Source of the DNA: Candidatus Babelota bacterium
Lineage (GTDB): Bacteria; Babelota; Babeliae; Babelales; CAIQNR01
Length of the DNA: 64,000 nt
Assembly (NCBI GenBank): GCA_965658655.1
Contig: CBFHTA010000002.1
Location: 128,001 to 192,000 of the forward strand
Direction of reading: 5' to 3'
Part shown: positions 19,463 to 28,689 of the stretch, piece after piece
Layout of the letters: the number at the start of each line of letters is the position of its first letter
Position numbering within the stretch: position 1 is the stretch's first letter
Made by a program: the position numbers and the translations under genes
Notes under the pieces: model-generated
What the model saw: the letters and a program-made list of their open reading frames with translations, nothing else
Told to the model about the DNA's origin: nothing
Database searches by the model: none

Positions 19463-20629
19463 ATGAAATCAAATCTTAAAGATGCAAATTTAAAACATAA
19501 GCGAGTATTACTAAGAGCAGATCTAAATGTGCCAAGAAGAACAGACGGAACTATTGAAAACGACCTAAGAATAGAAGCATTAGTGCCTACCATAGATCTT
19601 ATAAAAGAAAAAGGAGGCAAAATAGTCTTGCTCACTCACTGCGGTAGACCCAAAAAACAGGAAAAACGTCTTTCTACAAAAGTGTTAGGTACCTGGCTCA
19701 GAGAACGTGGCTACAAAACCGCCTTTGCTGATTCAACCAGAAAAGCCGAAGAACTGAGCAAAAAGAACAATGATGATATTGTTATTTTAGAGAATTTAAG
19801 GTTTTTCAAAGAAGAAGAACTAAATAACGAAGATTTTGCAAAAAGACTTTCTCGACTAGGAGATTACTACGTTAACGATGCTTTTGCAGTTCTTCACCGA
19901 AACCACACCTCTGTTACCAAACTCGCAGAGCTCTTTAAGCCAAAAGACAGAACTATTGGTTTACTAGTAGAAAAAGAATTAGAAGAACTCACAAAAGTCC
20001 TTGAACACACCAAGTCTCCCTTTGTAGTGCTACAAGGCGGAACAAAAGGAGACACAAAACTAAAACTACTAGAAGCACAATTAGAAAAAGTAGACACAAT
20101 CTTAATCTCTACTCCACTCTGTTTTTCTTTTTTAAAGGCTCAAAATAAGAACGTAGGCTCTTCTTTTGTTGAAGACGAGTTGATACCCGAAATTAAAAAC
20201 TTCATGCGAGCAGCGAAGAAAAACAATGTTGAGGTTGTGTTACCTATTGATTACCAAGTAAGTTCTAAAAGTTTTAAAGATCCATTGCAACTACGTGAAA
20301 CAAAAACGCTTTCAAAGGGAGACATAGGGATTTCTATTGGTCCTAAAACAGCTGAGCTTTTTTCTGAATATTTAATAAGAGCAAAGACAGTTCTTGCTAA
20401 TGGCTTACCTGGCAACAGCCTTTATCCAGAAACACTTGAGGGAACACGTATTATTTTACATACACTCAGAAAAACCAATGGATTGCATGTAATTGCAGGC
20501 GGAGATTCTATTGCCCTAGTAGAGCATTTAGGATTTAACGACGTTGGATATCTTTCTACTGGTGGTGGCGCGACTCTTGCTTACCTGAGCGGCCAATCGC
20601 TTACCGGACTTACGATTTTTAGTGACTAG
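19463..20629 (+). CDS. pgk: phosphoglycerate kinase (divergent)
   Basis: RADLNVP, HCGRP, LENLRF, YVNDAF, GGDS and STGGGA motifs. Confidence 0.88.
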   Translation: MKSNLKDANLKHKRVLLRADLNVPRRTDGTIENDLRIEALVPTIDLIKEKGGKIVLLTHCGRPKKQEKRLSTKVLGTWLRERGYKTAFADSTRKAEELSKKNNDDIVILENLRFFKEEELNNEDFAKRLSRLGDYYVNDAFAVLHRNHTSVTKLAELFKPKDRTIGLLVEKELEELTKVLEHTKSPFVVLQGGTKGDTKLKLLEAQLEKVDTILISTPLCFSFLKAQNKNVGSSFVEDELIPEIKNFMRAAKKNNVEVVLPIDYQVSSKSFKDPLQLRETKTLSKGDIGISIGPKTAELFSEYLIRAKTVLANGLPGNSLYPETLEGTRIILHTLRKTNGLHVIAGGDSIALVEHLGFNDVGYLSTGGGATLAYLSGQSLTGLTIFSD

Positions 20630-20752
20630 TGGAACTTGCTTTTGCTCTACACTTACAAATTTCTTATGCGTGTACCCTTGCCTAATTTTGTAGTACATAA
20701 CTCGATCAAATATAAAAAAAATACTCATCAAAAGCGCTAACTTTTTTATCAT
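20528..20752 (-). CDS. possible small membrane protein (74 aa)
   Basis: ATG at 20752 with GGGAGG RBS and hydrophobic N-terminus, but overlaps the pgk 3' end by 102 bp. Confidence 0.3.
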   Translation of the reverse strand: MIKKLALLMSIFFIFDRVMYYKIRQGYTHKKFVSVEQKQVPLVTKNRKSGKRLAAQVSKSRATTSRKISNVVKS

Positions 20753-20889
20753 TGTTCCGACCTCCCTTTTTCGGAAAAACCCATCAGAACAATAATACAC
20801 AAGTTAAAATTCAAATTGCAATAGTAGGCGAAAAGTTTTTTTGTTGTATCGTAAGGTAACCGAGTGCTCTTCTTTTAATACATGAAATA

Positions 20890-21408
20890 TTAATATACGG
20901 GGCAGAATCCAAGTAAATGCAAGCCAGACTGCATCTCTTCTTTAACCGTGTCATGCTCGCCTTCTGATTCAAAAAGCAAAAGACCGTGGTTATTATATTT
21001 AACCGGCCAAGAAAGATAGTGGGAATTATTGAATGCAAGCTCTTGAGAAAGTGCTTCTACTACCTCTTTTTCTGTGTGATTATTTTTTTTAATGCTCTCA
21101 CGCATAACCTCTCTGACCTGATTATTAAAAGGCGCACGCTTCATGTGCTCACTAAATGTTTCTGGATCGTGCCAATGATTCTGCTCATAAGATTCCGGAT
21201 GATGAAAACCAGCAATACCTTTTAAATGGTTAAAGTCTGGATTATCTATAAAGTAAGCTGCTTTTGAAAAATTAAAACAACTTTTCTGACTCATAGAATG
21301 GAGTAAGAACTCGAGCATGTTTTCTTGTCCGTGAAACTTAATAAGTTGCTCAGGGAGGCTTGTAACACAGAGCAGAACCTCTTGCACTCTTTTTTGGTCT
21401 TTCTTCAT
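20890..21408 (-). CDS. hypothetical protein, possible stand-alone GAF-like domain
   Basis: Strong RBS (AGAGGAGG) before MKKDQ; FNFSKAAYF...LKG and WPVKYNNHGLLLF resemble GAF strands. Confidence 0.6.
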   Translation of the reverse strand: MKKDQKRVQEVLLCVTSLPEQLIKFHGQENMLEFLLHSMSQKSCFNFSKAAYFIDNPDFNHLKGIAGFHHPESYEQNHWHDPETFSEHMKRAPFNNQVREVMRESIKKNNHTEKEVVEALSQELAFNNSHYLSWPVKYNNHGLLLFESEGEHDTVKEEMQSGLHLLGFCPVY

Positions 21409-21582
21409 CCCCCCTCCTCTTTTCTTAAAATTTGTTTTTATCCAATAGATAAGAGAATAGGATATCTTTCTTAAAAAAATCAATACTTAAGTAAAGTAAA
21501 GTATTTACTTTATGTTTTTGGATTTATAGGATTATAAATTGTTCTACTACATAAGTTTTAAGCCAGGCGTAAGGAGAATTTC

Positions 21583-22644
21583 TTGAAAAAGCTAAAGCGT
21601 TACTTCTACTTTTTTTTGTTGACCTTAGTTGTATTCTCACTCAAGAGCAGAAGCCCGCTGCGCCGACGCGATCGTTATGTTCCAACTATTTCAACCGAAT
21701 GGGAAAAGCGTCTTTCTGGCGAAAAAATCTACACTTTAACCGACCCCTTCTTGGAATTGTACCCCCTTTTTAAAACATTTGACTTAGAACACTTTAAAAA
21801 AAATAGCTTGCCCGACGGTCCCATTACCTATAAAAACGAACAAAACAAGACCGTAGACGGAAAAGAATTAAAAAAAGAAATGGCACATCTATTTGAAGAA
21901 GTTCGTGCTCAAAAAAAGAAATTTACTCATTTTGAAATATTAAAAAAAAGAGATTTTACCTGGCGCAAGCAGGCAGGTCTCTTAGTTCTTAAATCAAAAA
22001 AGTATCCGTTTGTAGTAAAACTGTTTATGGAAACCCCAAGAAGTTTTGTTCGCCCTTACAATAAAGGATTCGAACCTCATTGTATTTTTGTAATTAGTGG
22101 AGGCTCAACTCGACACTTGCTTGGATTTACCCGCATAAAAAATGCACACGCTATCAAACAGCGAATCAGTGAAAATCCTTATTGGTCTAAGCGTGTTATC
22201 GTTCCAAGAAAATGGTTTTGGTATCCTGAAAAATATCGTTGGATTCATTTAGATGGTTACCGTATTGGCAACCATGATCATATTTCGATTAAAATGCCTG
22301 CGGTATACGCTATTGTTGCTGACTATATAGACGGAGAAAGAGAATTTTCGCTTCTTTCAGGAGAAGATAGAAAAACCGCTGTAGACATTAGTAACTACTT
22401 ATTATGTAGCCTCGATCCACATATTAATAATTTTTTAGTAGAGAAGAACACGGGGAAAATTGCAATTATTGATACTGAACATTTCCCTACAATGGCAGGC
22501 TTCAAAGAGCACCCTCGCATGACCAGCTACACTTCTTGGTATTTACACCTCTTCACAAAGTATATTCGTAATCGCTTTGGAAGAACAAAAAAGGAGAGGC
22601 GAGACATGCAGAGATATCCACAAACTCCGTTCTCATTACCTTAA
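21583..22644 (+). CDS. exported protein with atypical kinase-like motifs
   Basis: AAGGAG RBS with TTG start; signal-like N-terminus; FVVKLF, DPHINN and IIDTE motifs. Confidence 0.6.
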   Translation: MKKLKRYFYFFLLTLVVFSLKSRSPLRRRDRYVPTISTEWEKRLSGEKIYTLTDPFLELYPLFKTFDLEHFKKNSLPDGPITYKNEQNKTVDGKELKKEMAHLFEEVRAQKKKFTHFEILKKRDFTWRKQAGLLVLKSKKYPFVVKLFMETPRSFVRPYNKGFEPHCIFVISGGSTRHLLGFTRIKNAHAIKQRISENPYWSKRVIVPRKWFWYPEKYRWIHLDGYRIGNHDHISIKMPAVYAIVADYIDGEREFSLLSGEDRKTAVDISNYLLCSLDPHINNFLVEKNTGKIAIIDTEHFPTMAGFKEHPRMTSYTSWYLHLFTKYIRNRFGRTKKERRDMQRYPQTPFSLP

Positions 22645-22689
22645 TTAAAATTAAGGTAAGTCAGTAAAATTACTCAATAGATCGTGCTC

Positions 22690-23874
22690 CTAATAATACC
22701 TTGGAGCCGTTTGTTCGAAGTTCCGCTGACGAATTATTTCTCTTTGCCCTTCTTTTTTGGTTTCAATTTCCTTTAATGTTTCATTTATACTATCAATACG
22801 TTCACTAAGAAACCTTTTCATACTCTTTCCATCTCTTCGATCTCTGATTGATTCTCTTCCACTAATTGATTCAGTTTGCAATTGCCCCCATTGTCTTTCT
22901 AACCGAGATCTTAAAGCCTGAAGTTCTTCAGGACTCTTGCTGCTTTCTGCCTTTGTCATTTCTCCATTTGTTTGTCTCATAAATTCATCTATTGCATTAT
23001 CACGGCTTGCTTTAAGTTCATTTTTATAGGTTTGATCATCATCAATTTGACCATCCTGCCAGCTTTTGTTTCTTTCTACCATACGATCAAACAAACGATC
23101 TTGGTCTGTTTTTAAGCTTGGTCTTTGAAGTTTTTCTAATTTTGTACCTATCTCATCAATACGTTGCTTAACGAAGTCCTCCATACTTTCTTCACCGTTT
23201 TCATCTGTTCCACCTGTGATTGGTTCTTTTTCCAAACTCTCCAGCTGTCTTTCTAACCGAGACCTTAAAGCCTGAAGTTCTTCAGGACTCTTTCTGATTT
23301 CTGCCATTGTCATTTCTCCATTTGTTTGTGTCATAAATTCATCTATGGCATTATCACGGCTTGCTTTAAGCTCATTTTTATAGGTTTGATCATCATCATT
23401 TTGACCATCCTGCCAGCTTTTGTTTCTTTCTACCATACGATCAAACAAACGATCTTGGTCTGTTTTTAACCTTTGGGTTGAAGTGCGCTTGTCAGAATTT
23501 GTAAAATCTAACCCACGAGAATCTGAAACTTCAGCAACCTTTTTAACTATTGAAGCACTATCTGTTCCGTCGGCATTTACGCTTGAAGCATCAACGCTTC
23601 CTTCCATGGAAACAGGACTTTCTGCACCGCTCCCTCTACCAAACCACGATTTAATTCTATCGAAAAAACCGCGTTTTCGGGGTCTTTCTAATGTAGTGGT
23701 ATCCCTATCGTCACCTCTTTCGGTATCATGGTCACCATCTTGACCATCTGAATGATCTTGCTGATTCCCATTGTCACCAGTATTGTGTTCTTCAATCACT
23801 TCGCCATCCATAGCGGACAAAGAAAGGGGGATTGCAACTGCTAAAAGCAATAATGCCAATATATTTTTCTTCAT
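22690..23874 (-). CDS. secreted MD...RGL-family protein with internal duplication
   Basis: Signal ending LSA-MD; RGLDF at residue 120; two copies of a ~75-aa unit. Confidence 0.8.
   Translation of the reverse strand: MKKNILALLLLAVAIPLSLSAMDGEVIEEHNTGDNGNQQDHSDGQDGDHDTERGDDRDTTTLERPRKRGFFDRIKSWFGRGSGAESPVSMEGSVDASSVNADGTDSASIVKKVAEVSDSRGLDFTNSDKRTSTQRLKTDQDRLFDRMVERNKSWQDGQNDDDQTYKNELKASRDNAIDEFMTQTNGEMTMAEIRKSPEELQALRSRLERQLESLEKEPITGGTDENGEESMEDFVKQRIDEIGTKLEKLQRPSLKTDQDRLFDRMVERNKSWQDGQIDDDQTYKNELKASRDNAIDEFMRQTNGEMTKAESSKSPEELQALRSRLERQWGQLQTESISGRESIRDRRDGKSMKRFLSERIDSINETLKEIETKKEGQREIIRQRNFEQTAPRYY
22892..23469. repeat. intragenic direct repeat, ~224 bp x2 (22892-23115 and 23246-23469), period 354 bp
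   Basis: Near-identical DNA encoding LKTDQDRLFDRMVERNKSWQDGQ...SPEELQALRSRLERQ twice. Confidence 0.95.
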
Positions 23875-23884
23875 AACCTCTCCT

Positions 23885-25381
23885 CTATTTAAACCAACCT
23901 CTAGCTCTTCCTCTTTCTGCTACTTTACTCACGGCTTCAGGATTATCACGTCTCCATTGTTCAAGCTGTTCCGAATCCCTACGCGCTTCTCGTTGTTCAT
24001 CCGTAAGCGACCGACTCCTTCTTGATGGATCTGTTGTATTATCTGTTCCCAAATTATATCTTTCCCTCAACGCATTATTTCTCAATTTTTGGTAAGTTTG
24101 CATATGTTGTTGCTCTCGTTGCATTTTTTGTTCTCGAGTTAACCTTTCAGCTTTTCTTCTATAACCCACTTCTCTATCTAATGATTTCACTTTAGTATCA
24201 AGGTAATTATCACCAGTATGCTGAGTATAATCCTTAGTAGCAAAGTCCTCGGCGCCAAATCCATCGTTCCTTATCATCGCTAGGTTAGCGCTCTTTTTTA
24301 GATCTGCTTCTCTATTTCTTTGATATTCAAGATGCTCTAAAAGAGCAGTTTTTTGTTCAGGAGTTTCAGCATCACGTATAAGTGTGTCTACCTGTTTTTT
24401 ATATTCTATTTTTGCATTACCAAGTTGTTTTCGTATATCCACTCTATTGTCGCCTTCAAACTTGTTATACAAGTTTGAAATTTTATTGAATATTTTTCTT
24501 TCCTCTTTAAATTTATCGTCATAGGAATGAACGTCTTTCTCTTGCTGTTCAACATAACGAGCTCGATCAGCATTATCTTCGAACGTTGCTGACTTCTTCA
24601 ACATTCGCTCTGCTTGCCTTCTTGTAAGATGATCCCCACCCTGTTCACCCTTTGCAATACTCTTGAGCTGAGCTTCTCTTGCACCTTGAGACTTTAATCT
24701 ATCAAGTTTAAATTCTTCTGCAGTATGTGGTGTTACCCCATCTGCATTATTTTCTATGTTTTCTGTTCCACCAGTACCTTCACCTCGCATTCCCTTTAAT
24801 ATTTCTCTGGCACGTGCATGTTCTCCAGATCTTGAACCATCTGCTAATATTTCCCTTGCTTCATCACGCAAGTTATCATTTGATTCTTTAAAATCTTCTT
24901 CAAATGTGTTCCTCACATTGTCCATATCTTTTTCATATCCATCGTACTCAATACTAGAATCGTTTTTTGCATTGTGCCATGCGTTTCGAGCTTTTTCTCT
25001 TTTTTCAAGATGAAAATCTAACCCACGCAAAGTTGAAACTTCAGCAACGTTTTCAGCTATTGAAGCACTTTCTCCTGTGTTGGCAACAGCACTTGAAGCA
25101 TCAACCGAACCTTGCATCTCAACAGGTGTTTTTGAACTGCTCCCTCCGCTAAACAATGAACGGATTCTATCAATAAAACCTCTTCTTTGAGGCTTTATTG
25201 AGGTATTGTTATCAACTACATCTCGCTCGTTGTCACCATTTTGACCATCTCGACCATCTAAATTATCTTGCCGATTCCCATTGTCACCAGTATTGTGTTC
25301 TTCAATCACGCCATCCATAGAAGACAGAGAAAGAGGAATTGCAACTGCTAAAAGCAGTAATGCCAATATACTTTTCTTCAT
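23885..25381 (-). CDS. secreted MD...RGL-family protein
   Basis: First ~120 aa closely similar to 22690..23874; RGLDF at residue 119; charged helical C-terminus. Confidence 0.8.
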   Translation of the reverse strand: MKKSILALLLLAVAIPLSLSSMDGVIEEHNTGDNGNRQDNLDGRDGQNGDNERDVVDNNTSIKPQRRGFIDRIRSLFSGGSSSKTPVEMQGSVDASSAVANTGESASIAENVAEVSTLRGLDFHLEKREKARNAWHNAKNDSSIEYDGYEKDMDNVRNTFEEDFKESNDNLRDEAREILADGSRSGEHARAREILKGMRGEGTGGTENIENNADGVTPHTAEEFKLDRLKSQGAREAQLKSIAKGEQGGDHLTRRQAERMLKKSATFEDNADRARYVEQQEKDVHSYDDKFKEERKIFNKISNLYNKFEGDNRVDIRKQLGNAKIEYKKQVDTLIRDAETPEQKTALLEHLEYQRNREADLKKSANLAMIRNDGFGAEDFATKDYTQHTGDNYLDTKVKSLDREVGYRRKAERLTREQKMQREQQHMQTYQKLRNNALRERYNLGTDNTTDPSRRSRSLTDEQREARRDSEQLEQWRRDNPEAVSKVAERGRARGWFK

Positions 25382-25422
25382 CCTATGCCCTCCATCTTAT
25401 TCGCTTCTTTTGTTCATTACAT

Positions 25423-26562
25423 TTAAAATTTCCACCATTTTCTTTTCTTGTACGTTTCCGCTAAATCGTTCATATTATCATCAAATTCCTGTGCACTGTT
25501 TTGCATTCTCTCTGAAGTTTCTGCCCCCTGTTGTACTCGCTCTGTTCTTTTAGCCATACCTGCATCAAGAGCTGTACCTTGCCCTTGTTGCATCCGGGCA
25601 GCACGTCTTGCTTTTGCTGTATCAAGCGCTGCTCTCATTTCAGGAGTATAACGACCTCTTATTGGCTGACTTTCCAAATTATAACGGTTAATTCTGCCTT
25701 CATTATTCCCTATGTTTTGACCCCTTTGGTTAAGGTCTGAACCTGAAAATCCTTCACTGTTTCTGGATATTCTCGGGTTAAATTGATCTGCTTCATCTTG
25801 GATATCTTTAGCACTTTTCGCTTTTTCGGTTGGTTCCTCTGTTCTTCCAAATAAGAACCAACTTCTTTTTTTTCTCTCTCTAATTTGACTAGTACGCTTT
25901 CTTAACTCATTATTAACTCTATCTATATTTTTTAAATAAAGATCCATTTCAGATGATCTAGATGTACCACCTTCATATCCTTTATTAAAGTCATCTTCCA
26001 GAGCTTTTCTTTTATCGTTCAAAGCGTTCATTTCATCAAACGCTGAATCACTTCTTCCACCCCACCAAGATCTCTTATACTTACCTTTAAAACTAACTGC
26101 ACCATTTTCGTCGATATTTGCAGTAAGATTTAATCCACGATTTGCAGTTCTAGCTATATTTGCTTCTGACTGTTCTGCTGAGGGTGCATTGGATTGATTA
26201 ACGGTTGAATCCATATCTTGGCCAACAATCTCTGCAGGAACATTTTGTGAACCTCTTTCAGGCACATTACTACTTCGGCTAAACCATCCACTTTTTTTTT
26301 CTGTTCGCCTTGTGCTTGTTTCAGTAAAACGACTCATACCATCTGCTAGATTATTTGCCTTTTCCATCAAGCCGTCTGAACTTGGCTGGCTCTCTTGAAA
26401 TCGTTCGATTCGATTTCTAAAGTCGTCTACAGGCGGTGCTTCATTATCACCACTCATACCTAAACCCATACTATCCGGCTCAGTAGGCGGTTCAAAACCA
26501 TCCATTGCGCATAGTGAATTTGCTGAAATAAACAATAGTAAAAATAAGCTTATTTTTTTCAT
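25423..26562 (-). CDS. secreted MD...RGL-family protein
   Basis: Signal ending LCA-MD; RGLNL at residue 142; ends KKRKWWKF. Confidence 0.8.
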   Translation of the reverse strand: MKKISLFLLLFISANSLCAMDGFEPPTEPDSMGLGMSGDNEAPPVDDFRNRIERFQESQPSSDGLMEKANNLADGMSRFTETSTRRTEKKSGWFSRSSNVPERGSQNVPAEIVGQDMDSTVNQSNAPSAEQSEANIARTANRGLNLTANIDENGAVSFKGKYKRSWWGGRSDSAFDEMNALNDKRKALEDDFNKGYEGGTSRSSEMDLYLKNIDRVNNELRKRTSQIRERKKRSWFLFGRTEEPTEKAKSAKDIQDEADQFNPRISRNSEGFSGSDLNQRGQNIGNNEGRINRYNLESQPIRGRYTPEMRAALDTAKARRAARMQQGQGTALDAGMAKRTERVQQGAETSERMQNSAQEFDDNMNDLAETYKKRKWWKF

Positions 26563-26696
26563 TTTCTTTCTCCATTTTTTCCAGTCCCTATTGCTTAAGC
26601 TTGAGACTTAAATCTATATGTTAAAAGAATAACAATTTGGGAAGACCAAAGTAAAGAGAAAGCCCTGAAAAGGGCATCCTAAGCTTATTATGAGAA

Positions 26697-27185
26697 TTAA
26701 ACAGTCACCGTATTTTTAACAGTAGAAAAAATTGAGCTTATTTTATTAGACACGTCACTGAGTACCATTTTAGCCTTATTCAAGAAGTAAACGCGTCGTG
26801 TGTGCTTATGTTGCTTGTAGTCTTCAAAAAGACGATAGCGCACTAAAAAAAGACGAGTATCCCTTGACTGAGAGTCAATATCAACCTGTTTATTTTCTGA
26901 AAGAATATTGTAATGTTTTTTGTTTTTAATCTCCAAACTACTCATTCCATCCATCCGTAAACGACGCAATCGTTTTTGTCTACGAGACAAAGAAAGGCGG
27001 CTTTGACGATCTAAAAAATTACTGTAATAAGCCCTAAAACCTTCTTGCTCATTAGAATCTGGGGTCATACGTGTAATAAAATCATCGAGCGATTCTTTAA
27101 AAACATGCGCGCTGGGCACAAAGGCTGTGAGTTGAGAGAGACTGGTAAGTGCCAATACAAGCACAAAAGAGTTATGCTTCTTCAT
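26697..27185 (-). CDS. hypothetical exported basic protein
   Basis: AAGGA RBS, signal-like N-terminus, Arg-rich RRQKRLRRLR stretch. Confidence 0.65.
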   Translation of the reverse strand: MKKHNSFVLVLALTSLSQLTAFVPSAHVFKESLDDFITRMTPDSNEQEGFRAYYSNFLDRQSRLSLSRRQKRLRRLRMDGMSSLEIKNKKHYNILSENKQVDIDSQSRDTRLFLVRYRLFEDYKQHKHTRRVYFLNKAKMVLSDVSNKISSIFSTVKNTVTV

Positions 27186-27211
27186 ACTTCTTTCCTTTCT
27201 TATAAAAGAAG

Positions 27212-28597
27212 TTATCGTAAAATTTCTTCCTCAAGTCTACGAATAGTCGACCGTAAATTGCTATCTTTTTCAGCGTTCTCTTGCACTCTATCAAAAGCAT
27301 GGATCACAGTTGAATGGTCTTTACGACCTAAGAATCCACCAATTTCTCGTAACGATCTTTGGGTCATCTTCTTCATTAAATACATAGTCAATTGGCGTGC
27401 AAATGAAAGATCTTTCGCCCTGCTGTTAGAACGTAAATCAGATAAACGATAGGAGTAATGTTTGCAAACGCATGAAGCAATTCGATCAAAATTTATTTTT
27501 TCTTTTTTCTTTGGATCTGGTTCTCTATGCAATACTTTGCGTGCTAATTCAACAGAAAGTGGCTGCTTAGTTAATGAAGAGAAAGCTAACACACGCACCA
27601 ACGAACCTTCTAATTCACGAACATTAGAAACCGCTTTTTGTGCAATAAAATCTGCCACGTCATCTGCCAATTCTTCGTTATGCGTTTGTGCTTTGCGTTT
27701 TAAAATTGCAATTTTTGTTTCTAAGTGTGGCTTGTGAATATCAGCAACCAATCCCCATTCTAAACGAGTACACAAACGTTCCTCGAGACCTTTAATCTCT
27801 CGTGGAAACAGATCACTAGAAAACACAATTTGTTTACGAGACTCATACAACGAATTAAAAATATGGAAAAACGCTTCCTGCGTTTGTTCTTTATTAGAAA
27901 TAAACTGAATATCATCTAACAATAGAATATCGATCATGCGATACCGCTGTTGAAACAAATGAATTTTATTAAATCGAATTGCAGAAATAAATTCATTTAT
28001 GAATCGATCAGTTGTTTGGTAAAACACCACCGCTTTACTATCTCGCTTTTGAATAGCGTTACCAATAGCATGCAATAAATGTGTTTTGCCCAGCCCTGAA
28101 CCACCATAAAGAAAAAAGGGATTGTATTGATCACCAGGATTCTCCGCAATTGAACGAGCTGCGGCGTAGGCAAGCGAATTACTAGGACCAACTACAAAAG
28201 TTTCGAACGTGTATTGCGGATTAAGATAACCATAATTTTTACGTGTTTTGTGAACAAGCGCATTCTTTACCTTACCAGGAATAGAACCTTTCTTTGGTAG
28301 CGCATAGGCAAGCAAAGAGCTTTTCTTCTGCTCTTGATTCTGTTGTTCTGTAGGGCTCAAAAATGTCACCTTTAACGAATCTACATGTAACAGACGCGCT
28401 AAATGTGTTTGAAACAACGGTTGATACTTACTCGCTATCCATTCTTTTACAAAAGTATTGGGTGCTTGAATAATAATACTTTTTTCTTCAGGACTCCAGT
28501 GTGCAATTTTAACAGCCTTTAACCATGTTTCAACAATACGACTGCCCGCTTCTTGGCGAACAATAGAAAGAAAATTTTGCCAAACATCGGTTAACAC
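27212..28597 (-). CDS. dnaA: chromosomal replication initiator DnaA
   Basis: YTFETFVVG, NPFFLYGGSGLGKTHL, LLLDDIQF, SNVRELEG and GRKDHSTV motifs. Confidence 0.97.
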   Translation of the reverse strand: MLTDVWQNFLSIVRQEAGSRIVETWLKAVKIAHWSPEEKSIIIQAPNTFVKEWIASKYQPLFQTHLARLLHVDSLKVTFLSPTEQQNQEQKKSSLLAYALPKKGSIPGKVKNALVHKTRKNYGYLNPQYTFETFVVGPSNSLAYAAARSIAENPGDQYNPFFLYGGSGLGKTHLLHAIGNAIQKRDSKAVVFYQTTDRFINEFISAIRFNKIHLFQQRYRMIDILLLDDIQFISNKEQTQEAFFHIFNSLYESRKQIVFSSDLFPREIKGLEERLCTRLEWGLVADIHKPHLETKIAILKRKAQTHNEELADDVADFIAQKAVSNVRELEGSLVRVLAFSSLTKQPLSVELARKVLHREPDPKKKEKINFDRIASCVCKHYSYRLSDLRSNSRAKDLSFARQLTMYLMKKMTQRSLREIGGFLGRKDHSTVIHAFDRVQENAEKDSNLRSTIRRLEEEILR

Positions 28598-28689
28598 AGT
28601 GCCCTCATGTACAAATTGAGTAGTAACTTATAAGAAAAGTGTAGCATTATTAAAATAAAATAACACTCAGATTACCGTTATGCAAAGGT

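Noticed and set aside
22892..23469. Possible CRISPR or mobile-element repeat
   Set aside because: Only two long in-frame copies within a CDS, with no spacers and no cas or transposase genes.
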